64,000 nt of DNA from an uncultured bacterium (GCA_963749495.1 CAVVMW010000023.1:448001-512000); one strand, 5' to 3'; positions 51,708 to 61,610 are shown, counted from the first letter of the stretch. Notes: generated from the letters alone by a model not told the origin. Made by a program: numbers and translations.

Positions 51708-52772
51708 ATGAAAACGAAGACTCGCATCCTGCTGGTGGATGACAATCCGGACTTGCTCGACGTGATTTCAGCATTGTTGCGCCTCAAAGGCCACGAGGTC
51801 TGCACCGCGCCCAACGGCCTGGAAGGGCTGCGCCTGGCCCGGCAATGGCGGCCGGACCTCGTGCTGCTGGATGTGCGATTGCCGGACGTGGACGGTTTCG
51901 AGGTCTGCAGGCGGATCAAGTCCGACCCGGCCCTGGTGGACGTGTTTGTCATCCTGCTCTCCGGGGAGGCGACCAGCGCCGCCCAGAAGGCCGGAGGGTT
52001 GGACACTGGCGCCGATGAGTACCCGACCAAGCCGGTGGACGCGGAAGAATTGGCGGCGCGGGTCCGGACGGCAGCGCGGTTGCGGCACACGACGGCGGCG
52101 TTGCGGGCCAGCGAACAGGAGTTGCGGCGGTTGTCCTGGCGGATTATCGAGGCGCAGGAGGCCGAGCGCCAGCGGGTCGCCCGCGACCTCCATGACGGCG
52201 TCAACCAAATCATCGCCTCCGTCAAGATGCGGCTGCGCAAGATCGAGGACAGCCTCGCCACGGCCAATCCCACTGCGTCCCAGATGCTGGCCCGTTGCGA
52301 CCAACTGCTGGTCCAGGCCCTCGAAGAGAACCGGCGCATCGCCCACGCCCTGCGCCCCACCGACCTGGACGAACTGGGCCTGGCAGAGGCCTGCAGGCAC
52401 CTGTGCAAGGAGTTGGAAGGCCGTTCCAACTTGCAGGTCTCCTGCCAAATCGAACCCCTCGCCCAACGGTCCTCTCCCACAGCCGAGTTGAACCTCTTCC
52501 GCATCGTCCAGGAGAGCCTGGCCAACGCCGAAGAGCACGCCCGCGCCACCAAAGTGTCCCTGCTCATGCGCCTGCGCGACGGCCGCCTCGAACTCGTCAT
52601 CCAGGACAACGGACGCGGTTTTGACCCCGCCTCCGCCCGCCCCGGCCAGGACAAACGCCGCGGCATCGGCTTGACCAACCTGCACGAACGCGCTGCCGCC
52701 TTGGGCGGCGCCTGCGAGGTCAAGTCAGCCCCGGGCCAGGGGACGACCATCATGGTGCGGGTGCCGATGTGA
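51708..52772 (+). CDS. Hybrid receiver-domain/HisKA_3 sensor histidine kinase
   Basis: Receiver 'ILLVDD..LLDVRLP..KP', H-box 'ERQRVARDLHDG', 'QESLANA', 'DNGRGF', 'GIGL'. Confidence 0.9.
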   Translation: MKTKTRILLVDDNPDLLDVISALLRLKGHEVCTAPNGLEGLRLARQWRPDLVLLDVRLPDVDGFEVCRRIKSDPALVDVFVILLSGEATSAAQKAGGLDTGADEYPTKPVDAEELAARVRTAARLRHTTAALRASEQELRRLSWRIIEAQEAERQRVARDLHDGVNQIIASVKMRLRKIEDSLATANPTASQMLARCDQLLVQALEENRRIAHALRPTDLDELGLAEACRHLCKELEGRSNLQVSCQIEPLAQRSSPTAELNLFRIVQESLANAEEHARATKVSLLMRLRDGRLELVIQDNGRGFDPASARPGQDKRRGIGLTNLHERAAALGGACEVKSAPGQGTTIMVRVPM

Positions 52773-52787
52773 GCAGCCCAAAGACAC

Positions 52788-52884
52788 GAAATCCGAAATC
52801 CATCCCTTTGGTCCCTTTGGTCCCTTTGGTCCCTTCAGCAAGGGACAAAAGAGACATAAGGGACCAAAGGAACGGATTTCGGAT
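52788..52884. repeat. Composite inverted repeat (GAAATCC heptamers outside, TCCCTTTGG 9-mers inside) between convergent genes
   Basis: Visible directly; the 9-mer also occurs at ~32288-32302. Confidence 0.75.
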
Positions 52885-52896
52885 TGCTGGCTCGGC

Positions 52897-53561
52897 CTAC
52901 GCCCCCGTTTCGACCCAGCAGACGGCGTAACGAATCAGTTCGTTGGGGCTTTCGAGGCCGAGCTTCTTTTGGAGTCGAGAGCAGGAAGCGGCCACGGAGC
53001 GGGGGCCCAGACGGAGCTGGCGGGCGATTTGGCCGGTGGTCTTGCCCTGGCCGAGCAAATGGAGGATTTCGAGTTCGGGGTCAGTGAGCTGTGCCAGCGC
53101 GCGGGGCGGCAACCCGGGCGAGGGTGGGGCTGCGGGCTTGGACGTGGCGGCCATGACCTCCTCGCTCACGTAGATGCGTCCGGCCAGAACGTCGTGCATG
53201 GCGCGCACGATCTCCTCGGGGTCTTCCTGTTTCATGATATAGCCGTCGCCGCCGGCCGCAGGACGCGGTCGGCGTAAAGGGCCTCGTCGTGCATGGAGAC
53301 GACCAGGATCTTGACGGCCTGGTTGGCCGCGCGCAGCTCTTTGATCAGGTCCAGTCCGCTCTTGCCGGGCAGCGTGATGTCCACCAGCACCAGGTCCGGT
53401 TTGACGCGCGGAATGGCGTCGAGGGCCTCTTCGGCGTCGCCAGCCTCGCCGCAAACGGCCAGGTCCGGTTCGCCGCCCAGGATCTGCACCAGGCCCTCAC
53501 GGAAGACGGGGTGGTCTTCGACAACATAAACGGTCTTACGCGACTTGGAGGTCTTGCCCAT
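52897..53561 (-). CDS. NarL/LuxR family response regulator (one frameshift near 53255)
   Basis: 'VVEDHPVFREGL...LVDITLPG...VSMHDE' then 'GDGYIMKQE...LTDPELEILHLLGQG'; one missing G restores 'LRAGGDGY'. Confidence 0.85.
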
Positions 53562-53597
53562 AGATTGCCTATTTGTAACCCAACATAGTGCCAACAA

Positions 53598-55298
53598 TCA
53601 ATCTTCTTTGTCGATCAGCCTGCGTTCCTCGGGAAGGAGCCTGGTCTTGGCGCCCAGCTCGAGGAATCTCTTGGCCTTGGCACGGTTGCCCGAGGCCCGG
53701 AGGATGATGCCGTAGTAGGCGGCGATGGAGGGATCTTCCAGTTCCTGGGGTTTGAGCCGTTCGAAGACCGAGAGGGCCTGGGCGGTCTTGTGCTGGAGGC
53801 TCAGGGAGAAGGCATACGTGGAGGCGAAGGCGGGATTGGCAGGGTCTTTGTCATAGACCTGGCGGGCCAGTTGGTCGGGTTGGTGTTCCTGGGCGTTCAG
53901 GAGAAGGGCCAGGACGGCGAGGTTATTCTTGGAAGCGAGGTCTGCGGGGAACCGCTTGACCCGATCGCTGTAGAGGAGCATCAAGGGCCGGGTCTGGCCG
54001 GCCAGGAACAGTCTCTGGACCAGGCCATGGAAGGCCCATTGGTCGCCGGGGAATTGGCGGATGAGGTCCCAGAGCAGGTTTTCCTCTTCGGCGGTCCAGT
54101 CCCACTGGGTGGCCACGCGCAGGAGCATCATGAGGCCGGGTTTATCGAAACGGGCGCTTCGCTTGCCGGTTCTGGCGCATTGCAGGGCCGATTCCCATTC
54201 GGTCTTCGAGGCGTCGGCCAGGCCCTGCTCGCGCAGGGCGCGGGACAGGAAGGCGTGGCGCATCAAGTCCAGTTCGGCCCAATACTGCGGACTCAGCGAG
54301 GCCTGCAGCCCGGCCCAGTCGCCCAGGAGGGTCCGGCATTGGGCGATCAGGAAGGCGGCAGGCTGGTTGGTCTTTTGGGTTTGCGGCAGGGTCTGCAGCC
54401 AGTCGATGGCCTCCTGGGAACGGTTGTTGGACATGAGCCAGAGGGCGAGGTCATGGGTCTTGGCGGGGGCGTTGGCCGCGTCGCGCTGCAGGGCAGCCAG
54501 CGCGGCGCCCAAGGCGGGGTCCTGCGTGGCCCTCAGGAGGTCCAGCCGCAGGAGTTGGTCTTTGAAGACGGAGTTGGTGTCTTGGCCCAAATCACTGGCC
54601 AGGGCCAGGGCAGTCTCCAGGTGCTGGTTGCGGGCGGCGTCGAGGATGAGTTCGCGCAGGGCCTGGCAACGGAGGAGACCGTTGGTGCCTGCGGTGGAGA
54701 GGCCCTTGAGGCAGGCGCGGGCGTCCTGGACGGCGCCGGCGTTGGTGCCCTGGAGGCGAACGACGGCGAGGTTGAGTTGCGGCACCGGGTTGGACGGCTG
54801 GAGCCGAACCGCCTCCAGGAAATGGGATTCGGCGGCGGCGTTCTGGCGGCCCGCCAAGGCGACGGCCCCTGCGACGTTGTGATAGGCGGCGGTGTCGCGG
54901 GCGGCGGCATCGATGCCCGCGATGGCGTTGGTGGCGGCGAGGTAGTCCCCCAAGAGCAGGGCGGTCGAGGCCAGAGCCAGCCGGTCATCGGTCGAATGGG
55001 GGCGGAGTTCGACGACCCGGCTGCGCGCCAGCAGGGCGGTGCGGGAGCGGGTCGAATCGCTCACATCGGCCATGAGGCGCCAGGCCTCGACATTGAAGGG
55101 GTCGGCGCGAACGGCGCGTTGGAGGTTGTACAAGGCCCACTTGGCATCGGATTTGGCCAGATAATGCCGGGCCAGTTTGAGATAGCGGGCCTGGCGGAGC
55201 AACCTGTAGCCCCGATAGCCGCCGTAACCCAGCCCGGCCAGGCCCAGACACGCGGCCAGGACAATCACCAGGACTTTTCGCAGACGTCTGCGTCTCAT
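53598..55298 (-). CDS. TPR-like membrane-anchored protein downstream of the polysaccharide locus
   Basis: N-terminal basic stretch plus TM, then helical repeats ('ASKNNLAVLALL', 'FASTYAFSL'). Confidence 0.7.
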   Translation of the reverse strand: MRRRRLRKVLVIVLAACLGLAGLGYGGYRGYRLLRQARYLKLARHYLAKSDAKWALYNLQRAVRADPFNVEAWRLMADVSDSTRSRTALLARSRVVELRPHSTDDRLALASTALLLGDYLAATNAIAGIDAAARDTAAYHNVAGAVALAGRQNAAAESHFLEAVRLQPSNPVPQLNLAVVRLQGTNAGAVQDARACLKGLSTAGTNGLLRCQALRELILDAARNQHLETALALASDLGQDTNSVFKDQLLRLDLLRATQDPALGAALAALQRDAANAPAKTHDLALWLMSNNRSQEAIDWLQTLPQTQKTNQPAAFLIAQCRTLLGDWAGLQASLSPQYWAELDLMRHAFLSRALREQGLADASKTEWESALQCARTGKRSARFDKPGLMMLLRVATQWDWTAEEENLLWDLIRQFPGDQWAFHGLVQRLFLAGQTRPLMLLYSDRVKRFPADLASKNNLAVLALLLNAQEHQPDQLARQVYDKDPANPAFASTYAFSLSLQHKTAQALSVFERLKPQELEDPSIAAYYGIILRASGNRAKAKRFLELGAKTRLLPEERRLIDKED

Positions 55299-55317
55299 GA
55301 CCGCGGATTCATTCTTG

Positions 55318-55444
55318 GTAACTGTTCAGGTCGCGCATAGGAGCGCGGACGCCCCGTCCGCGCGTTTTTTGCCGCCAGAGCCGCGCGGACGAGGCGTCCG
55401 CGCTCCTATGGAAGGGCACGTTTCACCGCGACCTGAACAGTTAG
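55318..55444. mobile_element. MITE-like palindromic element, termini GTAACTGTTCAG..CTGAACAGTTAG
   Basis: Perfect 17-bp IR (55319-55335 / 55427-55443), inner 29-bp imperfect IR, flanked by CATTCTTG / CATTCTTC. Confidence 0.75.
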
Positions 55445-57354
55445 CATTCTTCGACTTGGCCAACCAGCGGGGCGGTGCGGGTTGGTGCCGGCAGATACGG
55501 CGAGTAGTCGGGAACCGCCTCGTGGAGCAGGCGCTTGAACTGGTCGGCGTCCAGTTGGTGCAGGCTGGCGTGCAGCCGCTGCAAGGTCTGGCGGACCTGG
55601 ACCACGTCCGCCGGCTGGGAGAGGAACCGGCGGATCTTGGCATGGTGGGTGGGAGTGAAGTTCTCCCCTTGATGGCTGAGTTCCTCGAAGAGTTTCTCCC
55701 CGGGCCGGACACCGATGAACTCGATCTGAATGTCCTGGTCGGGCTTGAGGCCGCTCAGTTCGATCATCTGGCGAGCCAGTTCGACGATGCGGACCGGGTT
55801 GCCCATATCGAGGACGAAGATTTCGCCGCCGCGGCCCAGGACGGCGCTCTGGAGGACGAGCATCGAGGCCTCCGGGATGGTCATGAAATAGCGCATCATC
55901 TCGGGGTGGGTCACTTTGACGGGGCCGCCTTCGGCGATTTGGCGCTGGAACAGGGGGATGACGCTGCCGGAGGAGCCCAGGACGTTGCCGAAGCGCACGG
56001 CCATGAACTTGGTCTTGTCCGGGTTGGCGGCGCCCAGGGCCTGGATGTAGATCTCGGCCAGGCGCTTGGCGGCGCCCATGACGCTGGTCGGATTGATGGC
56101 CTTGTCGGTGGAGATCAGGATGAAGCGATCCACCCCGGCGGCCAGGGCCAGGTCGGCAAGCTGCGCCGTGCCCAGGCTGTTGTTCTGGACGGCCTCGCCC
56201 GGCTGGCGCTCCATCATGGGCACATGCTTGTGGGCGGCGGCATGAAAGATCACCTCGGGTTCGAAGCGGGCGAGGATCTCCCTCATCCGCCCCTGGTTCT
56301 GGATGTCGGCCACCACGGGCACGATGCTGGGGCCATGGCCCAGGCCGATCAGCTCCTGCTCGATCTGGAAGACGTTGGGCTCGGCCCGATCCAGCAGGAG
56401 CAGGTGCCGGGGATGGTAGGTGGCTATCTGGCGGCAGAGCTCGCTGCCGATGCTGCCGCCGGCGCCCGTGACCAGGATGACCCGGTCCTGCAAGGCCAGT
56501 CGGATGCTCTCGGTCTCCAATTCGACCTTCTCGCGGCCCAGGAGGTCCTGCACCTCGACGTTGCGCAACTGGCTGACCCTGACCTGGCCCAGGGCCAACT
56601 GGTCCAGCGAAGGGACGGTCTTGAATTGGAGCCGCCCCTCGCGCAGCAGGCGGACGATCTCACCGACGCGTTTGGCCGGGGCGGAGGGCATGGCGATGAT
56701 GGCCTCCTGAATGTCCAGCCGCCCCGCAGCCTCCAGGAGTTTCTCGGGCGGACCCAGAACCGGGATGTCGTGTACCCTCGAGTGCCACTTGCGGCGGTCG
56801 TCGTCGAAAAAGGCGACCGGCTCCAGGCCATAGCCGGGTTTGAGCGACAGTTCGTGGGCCAGCACGGCGCCGGCGTCGCCGGCGCCGATGATGCCGACGC
56901 GCCGAGAGCGCTCGGACCCGCGGCGGCGGGCTACGCTGAGCGACTCGCGCAAGGTGCGCAGCGCCAGGCGCACCCCGGTCAGGCCCACCAGCGAGAAGAC
57001 AAAGTCCAGCGCGATGACCCCGCGCGGCGGGGCATAGCCCTCTCCCCAGCCCAGCCAGGCCAGCCCCAGGATGAGGGTGCTGAGGGTCAAGGCGTGGAAC
57101 ATCCGGGCCAGGTCGGGCGTGCTGAAGTAGCCCAGGAGCGGGGTCAGTTGATGGAACAGGCCCAGGAGCACCAACTGCAAGGGCACCAGCCACAGCAGCA
57201 CCCGCAGCCGCTCCGCTTGCCCGGCGGAGTTGACCGCGAAGTCGAAGCGCACTTCGTAGGCCAGCCACAAACTGGCCGCCAACTCCGTGGCATAGAACAA
57301 CAGCAACACCCAGAACCGCAGCGTCGAGTTCAGATCCAGGCTGAGCTTTTTCAT
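55441..57354 (-). CDS. Nucleoside-diphosphate sugar 4,6-dehydratase, CapD/PglF/WbpM family
   Basis: Four TM helices, 'IIGAGDAG', 'VTGAGGSIGSELCRQ', 'HAAAHKHVP', 'ISTDKA', 'RFGNVLGSSGSV'. Confidence 0.95.
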   Translation of the reverse strand: MKKLSLDLNSTLRFWVLLLFYATELAASLWLAYEVRFDFAVNSAGQAERLRVLLWLVPLQLVLLGLFHQLTPLLGYFSTPDLARMFHALTLSTLILGLAWLGWGEGYAPPRGVIALDFVFSLVGLTGVRLALRTLRESLSVARRRGSERSRRVGIIGAGDAGAVLAHELSLKPGYGLEPVAFFDDDRRKWHSRVHDIPVLGPPEKLLEAAGRLDIQEAIIAMPSAPAKRVGEIVRLLREGRLQFKTVPSLDQLALGQVRVSQLRNVEVQDLLGREKVELETESIRLALQDRVILVTGAGGSIGSELCRQIATYHPRHLLLLDRAEPNVFQIEQELIGLGHGPSIVPVVADIQNQGRMREILARFEPEVIFHAAAHKHVPMMERQPGEAVQNNSLGTAQLADLALAAGVDRFILISTDKAINPTSVMGAAKRLAEIYIQALGAANPDKTKFMAVRFGNVLGSSGSVIPLFQRQIAEGGPVKVTHPEMMRYFMTIPEASMLVLQSAVLGRGGEIFVLDMGNPVRIVELARQMIELSGLKPDQDIQIEFIGVRPGEKLFEELSHQGENFTPTHHAKIRRFLSQPADVVQVRQTLQRLHASLHQLDADQFKRLLHEAVPDYSPYLPAPTRTAPLVGQVEEC

Positions 57355-57375
57355 AGAAGGCGGGCTCCGGGGACG

Positions 57376-57472
57376 GCTTTGGCATCTTTGTCGCAGCCTT
57401 TGTCGCAACCTTTGTCGAATTGGGCCGATTCTCGACAAAGTCTGCGACAAAGGCTGCGACTAAGGTCCGGAA
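57376..57472. repeat. Inverted 12-mer repeat element (CCTTTGTCGCAA-type)
   Basis: Same family as the 39.8 kb and 63.2 kb elements; contains the stop codon of the upstream sugar transferase. Confidence 0.85.
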
Positions 57473-58452
57473 CCCGCAGGGGCGGCGGCGAAGTTGGTCT
57501 TTACCGGCAACATCTTGAGCAACTCGCCCAGTTGCTGGCGCCGGGCCTCGTCCCGCTCCGGCAGGGCGACGATCACTTCATCAATGCCCTCCCGCCATTG
57601 GGCGTTGAGCAGACACTCCGGCATCCCAACCACCGGGATGCCATCCAGCCGCTTGTGCCAGGCCCGAGGGTCATCATCGAAGAAGGCCACGATGCGGCGG
57701 CGGCCCTCCCCGCACCGGCACAAGTCCTGGGCCACGCCCAGAGCGGCAGGGCCGGTGCCGATGACCGCCACCCTCCGGCCAGGCGGTTGCGGCGCCGATG
57801 CCACGCAGACACCGGGACGCCCCCGCGCCAGCCCGCCGCAGGCCAGGGCCACTGCGCCCAGGCCCACCCGCCAAAGCGTCTGCAGGATAATCCAGCAGTC
57901 CTGGAGCACCCCAGCCCTGCGCGCATACTCCAGGTTCAATTCGATCTTCTTTGGCAGACAGTAACGGAGGTAAAACTGCTCGACGTCCGCCGCCCCGCGC
58001 AACAGCGCCTCCTCGTCGCGGAAGAGCAGACTGGCCAGGTCCGTGATCCCCGGTTTGCACCGCAAGACCTCCAGTTGTTCCGGCGTGTAGTGCTCAACAT
58101 ACCGGGGGACCTCGGGCCGCGGACCCACCAGGCTCATCTCTCCGAGCAGGACGTTCCAGAGTTGCGGCAACTCATCCAGCTTGGTCTTGCGCAAGAACCG
58201 GCCAAGCGGCGTGATACGCGGGTCTTGCCCCTGCGTGATGGCATGGCCCAGCCGGTCGGCATAGACCACCATCGAGCGGAATTTCAATATCCGGAACGGC
58301 CGGCCATAACGCCCAACGCGAACCTGGCGATAAAGGACCGGCCCCCCATCGGCCAGCTTGCTGCACACGCCGACCACCAGGCCAAACGGCAGCAGCAAGA
58401 CCAGCCCGGCGCCGGCGCCCAGGAGGTCCAACACACGTTTGGCCGCCGTCAT
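57460..58452 (-). CDS. Bacterial sugar transferase (initiating phosphoglycosyltransferase) with C-terminal Rossmann-like domain
   Basis: 'KRVLDLL', 'KFRSM', '[36 protein letters not shown]'. The ORF-track extension to 58671 is repeat-derived. Confidence 0.9.
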   Translation of the reverse strand: MTAAKRVLDLLGAGAGLVLLLPFGLVVGVCSKLADGGPVLYRQVRVGRYGRPFRILKFRSMVVYADRLGHAITQGQDPRITPLGRFLRKTKLDELPQLWNVLLGEMSLVGPRPEVPRYVEHYTPEQLEVLRCKPGITDLASLLFRDEEALLRGAADVEQFYLRYCLPKKIELNLEYARRAGVLQDCWIILQTLWRVGLGAVALACGGLARGRPGVCVASAPQPPGRRVAVIGTGPAALGVAQDLCRCGEGRRRIVAFFDDDPRAWHKRLDGIPVVGMPECLLNAQWREGIDEVIVALPERDEARRQQLGELLKMLPVKTNFAAAPAGSGP

Positions 58453-58454
58453 GA

Positions 58455-58962
58455 GAGTGCGGAGTGCCGAATGACGAATGACCAATGACGAATGACGAAT
58501 GACGAATGGCATCACAATGCCGGGACGCCGGGCACCGCGTAGCGGTGCCTCGATGGTAGCCGTGGACTTCAGTCCACGGACTCCCGGCCCAGGACCGCCC
58601 GCGTCGCGTAGAGCGCGGAGTCCCGAATGACGAATGACGAATGACGAATGACGAATGACGAATGGCATCACAATGCCGGGACGTCGCGCACCGCGTAGCG
58701 GTGCCTCGATGGTAGCCGTGGACTTCAGTCCACGGACTCCCGGCCCAGGACCGGCCGCGTCGCGTAGAGCGCGGAGTCCCGAATGACGAATGACGAATGA
58801 CGAATGACGAATGGCATCACAATGCCGGGACGCCGGGCACCGCGTAGCGGTGCCTCGATGGTAGCCGTGGACTTCAGTCCACGGACTCCCGGCCCAGGAC
58901 CGCCCGCGTCGCGTAGCGACGCCTGAAGCGGCACCACGCCATCAGGCGTCGCTACGCGACAC
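58455..58962. repeat. Composite tandem array: three units (156, 156, 149 bp) of (GAATGAC)4-5 plus a REP-like palindrome, with a terminal hairpin
   Basis: Units start at 58455, 58611 and 58767; the third has one heptamer fewer. Confidence 0.92.
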
Positions 58963-58963
58963 A

Positions 58964-60220
58964 TCACCCTCCCCTCTGCTCACGCCCCACAACGCCGCGC
59001 CCGCGTGCCCGCCGGCGGTGCCGGCACACGATGTCTTTTATGGCATCGCACACGTACAAGACCTCCGATTCGCGCAGGTCCGGATAGAGCGGCAGCGTGA
59101 CGAGTTCCGGGTAAAGTGAGCTGGCCACGGGCAGGTCGGCCGGGGCATAGCCATAGGTCTGCCGATAATAAGGGTGCAGGTGCAGGGGCATCCAATGGAC
59201 GGAGGCGTGGATGCCGCGTTGCCGGAGTTGGGTGATGAACCGGCGGCGGTCGATGCTCAGGCGGTCGAGCCTGAGGCGGATGACGTAGAGGTGCCAGGAA
59301 TGGATGCGATTAGGCATGACCCGGGGCAGGATGATTTCCTGGACGTCTCCGAGGAGGGCGCTGTAGAAGCCGGCCAGGGCGGCGCGCTGCCGCAGGAGCA
59401 GCTCCGCCTTGCGCAGTTGGTGCAGGCCAATCGCGGCGGCGATGTCCGTGAAGTTGTATTTGAAGCCCGGGGCGATGATCTCGTAGTACCAGGAGCCCTG
59501 GTCCGAATACCGCTTCCAGGCATCGTGCGAGATCCCGTGCAACGACATGACCCGCATCCGCTCGGCGTACTCATCGGACTGGGTGCAGGCCATGCCGCCT
59601 TCGCCGGTGGTGATGCACTTGTTTGCGTAAAAGGAGTAGCAACTCAAATCGGCCCCGTGCCCGGCGGCCAGCCATTTGCCGGGCCGGGCGGCCCCGCCCT
59701 TTGGCTCGCGATAGTAAGCGGGGCAGCAATGGGCGGCGTCCTCGACGACCTTGAGCCGATACCGGCGAGCCAGGTCCTGCACGCCGGCGACATCGCCGAT
59801 TTGCCCCCCGTAGTCAACCGGCATGATGGCGGCCACACTCACCCCCTCCTGGAGGGCGGAACGGATTCGCCGTTCCGCATCGGCCACGTCGAGGTTCAAA
59901 TCCTCGGGCCGGCAGTCCGCCAGCAAGGGCCGTGCGCCCAGGTAGCGAACGACCTCGCCGGTGGCGGCGAAGGTCATGGCCGGCACGATGACGCCCTGGC
60001 CGGGCTTGAGGCCGATGGCTTCCAGCGCCAGGTGCAGGGCCGCCGTGCAGGAATTGACCGCCACGGCGTGCTTGTGCCCCAGGTAAGCCGCAAATTCGCT
60101 CTCGAACTGCATTGTCCTGGGCCCGGTCGTGAGCCAGCCGCTGCGCAGCGTGGCGACGACCTCGTCGATCTCTTCGGAGCCCAGAGAGGGTTTGTAGAAC
60201 TGGATTGTCCGCTTGCTCAT
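58964..60220 (-). CDS. DegT/DnrJ/EryC1/StrS aminotransferase
   Basis: 'GWLTTGP', 'NSCTAALHLAL', 'VVEDAAH', 'SFYANKCITTGEGG', 'GFKYN'. Confidence 0.95.
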   Translation of the reverse strand: MSKRTIQFYKPSLGSEEIDEVVATLRSGWLTTGPRTMQFESEFAAYLGHKHAVAVNSCTAALHLALEAIGLKPGQGVIVPAMTFAATGEVVRYLGARPLLADCRPEDLNLDVADAERRIRSALQEGVSVAAIMPVDYGGQIGDVAGVQDLARRYRLKVVEDAAHCCPAYYREPKGGAARPGKWLAAGHGADLSCYSFYANKCITTGEGGMACTQSDEYAERMRVMSLHGISHDAWKRYSDQGSWYYEIIAPGFKYNFTDIAAAIGLHQLRKAELLLRQRAALAGFYSALLGDVQEIILPRVMPNRIHSWHLYVIRLRLDRLSIDRRRFITQLRQRGIHASVHWMPLHLHPYYRQTYGYAPADLPVASSLYPELVTLPLYPDLRESEVLYVCDAIKDIVCRHRRRARGRGVVGREQRGG

Positions 60221-60236
60221 GGATTTGCAGCCGGGG

Positions 60237-61418
60237 TCAGCGCAACTGTTCAGGTGGGGACGCGTGGGGCAGACCTCCGGTCTGCCGGTTGCCGGGGCCT
60301 CTGGCCCCGAGCCTCACAACTCCAAGGGACACGGAGCCGGAGGCTCCCTGAACCGGCAGACCGGAGGTCTGCCCCACAGAACCGTTACGGGTCAGCCGGG
60401 TGCAGGCGGCGGCAGGGCGGCCCTTGAGAATGACAAAATCCAGGACGCCCCGCAGGAAGCCCCAGCCGTAGCCGAAGTGGTAGCAAACGAAGACCAAAGG
60501 CAGCGCAGGCAGCAGTCTCCACTCGGCCCGGCGGGCCGTCAGGAGCGAAGCCACGGCCAGGGACCCGGCATAGAGGCCCGCCAGGAACAGGAGCAGCCAG
60601 GGGGCCGCCCCCAAAGGCAGGGGGGTCAAGACCGAAAGGATCGAGGCTGCCGACAGCAGGCCCAAGGCCAGCAGAAAAGACCCCGGCACCAAGTGGCGCA
60701 GCGAGGCGGGCAGCTTGTGCTTGCGGATAACGCAGACCTTCCAGTAGCCGTACTGGAGGTATTGCTCAAACAAGGCGGCCAGCGAGGCCCGCGGGCGGTA
60801 CCAACTCCGTATCCTCGGGCTCTGCCAGACCGTGCCGCCACCCCGGATGATGCGCAGGTTGTGCTCATCGTCCTGGTTGCGCACCAGTTCCTCATCGAAA
60901 TAGCCGATGCGCTCGAAAAGCTCCTTCTTCCAGCAGCCGTAGATGACCGTGTCCACATAACCCTCGTAGTTGGCCTGATGGGAGCGCGCGCCGCCCACGG
61001 CGAAAGAGGAATGAAATACGGCGCGAATGGCCTTTTCCCAGAACCCATCGGCAATGGTTTGCATGGGACCGCCGACGTTATCCGCCCCGGTCTCTCGCAT
61101 CACCGCCAGGCATTGACATATATAGTCCGGCGCATAGACCGTGTGAGCATCCATGCGAACAATGAACTCGCCTTGAGCGGCCCGGATGGCGATGTTCAGG
61201 CCCGTGGAGGCGATGCGTTGCGGATTGTCGATCACCCGCAGTCGAGGTTCGGCAGCGGCCAACCGTTCGACAACCTGGCGCGTGCCATCCTCCGAGAGGC
61301 CGTCGGCGACAATGATCTCCCAATCGGCGTCCAGGCCTTCCTGGGCCATGAGCGAGCGGAGGCACTGTTCAATCGTGCCCGCCTCATTCCGGCACGGAAC
61401 AATCAAGGTGACAAGCAT
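60237..61418 (-). CDS. GT2 glycosyltransferase (ExoA-like); last ~50 aa derive from an inserted element
   Basis: 'IVPCRNEA', 'ADGLSEDGT', 'RMDAH', 'RNQDDEHNLRI'. Confidence 0.9.
   Translation of the reverse strand: MLVTLIVPCRNEAGTIEQCLRSLMAQEGLDADWEIIVADGLSEDGTRQVVERLAAAEPRLRVIDNPQRIASTGLNIAIRAAQGEFIVRMDAHTVYAPDYICQCLAVMRETGADNVGGPMQTIADGFWEKAIRAVFHSSFAVGGARSHQANYEGYVDTVIYGCWKKELFERIGYFDEELVRNQDDEHNLRIIRGGGTVWQSPRIRSWYRPRASLAALFEQYLQYGYWKVCVIRKHKLPASLRHLVPGSFLLALGLLSAASILSVLTPLPLGAAPWLLLFLAGLYAGSLAVASLLTARRAEWRLLPALPLVFVCYHFGYGWGFLRGVLDFVILKGRPAAACTRLTRNGSVGQTSGLPVQGASGSVSLGVVRLGARGPGNRQTGGLPHASPPEQLR
60242..60388. mobile_element. MITE-like palindromic element, termini GCAACTGTTCAG..CAGAACCGTTAC, 8-bp target duplication
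   Basis: Perfect inner 27-bp IR (60264-60290 / 60351-60377); GGGTCAGC at 60234-60241 and 60389-60396. Confidence 0.8.
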
Positions 61419-61465
61419 AGGCGAGTAATCAGCCAGTGAAGGTGGATACCGAGTCCCCGGCGAAC

Positions 61466-61610
61466 CCCTCACCCCAGCCCTCTCCCCTTCCGAAGGGGAG
61501 AGGGAGAAGCGTCGGCAGTCTCTGGGAATTCCAGGCGCCTCCGCTTTCTCAAACTGCTACCGAGAATCCTCCCTCTCCCCATCCGATGGGGAGAGGGCCG
61601 GGGTGAGGGG
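61466..61610. repeat. Paired CCCTCACCCC..CCCTCTCCC..GGGAGAGGG palindromic element
   Basis: Two hairpins in inverted arrangement; same family as the 57-bp array. Confidence 0.8.

Noticed and set aside
55297..58488. 1063-aa plus-strand ORF
   Set aside because: Antisense shadow of the CapD-like and sugar transferase genes, expected at high GC3.
58455..58962. Possible CRISPR array, or N-terminal extension of the sugar transferase (ORF start 58671)
   Set aside because: Whole units are duplicated with no unique spacers; transferase similarity begins at MTAAKRV (58452).
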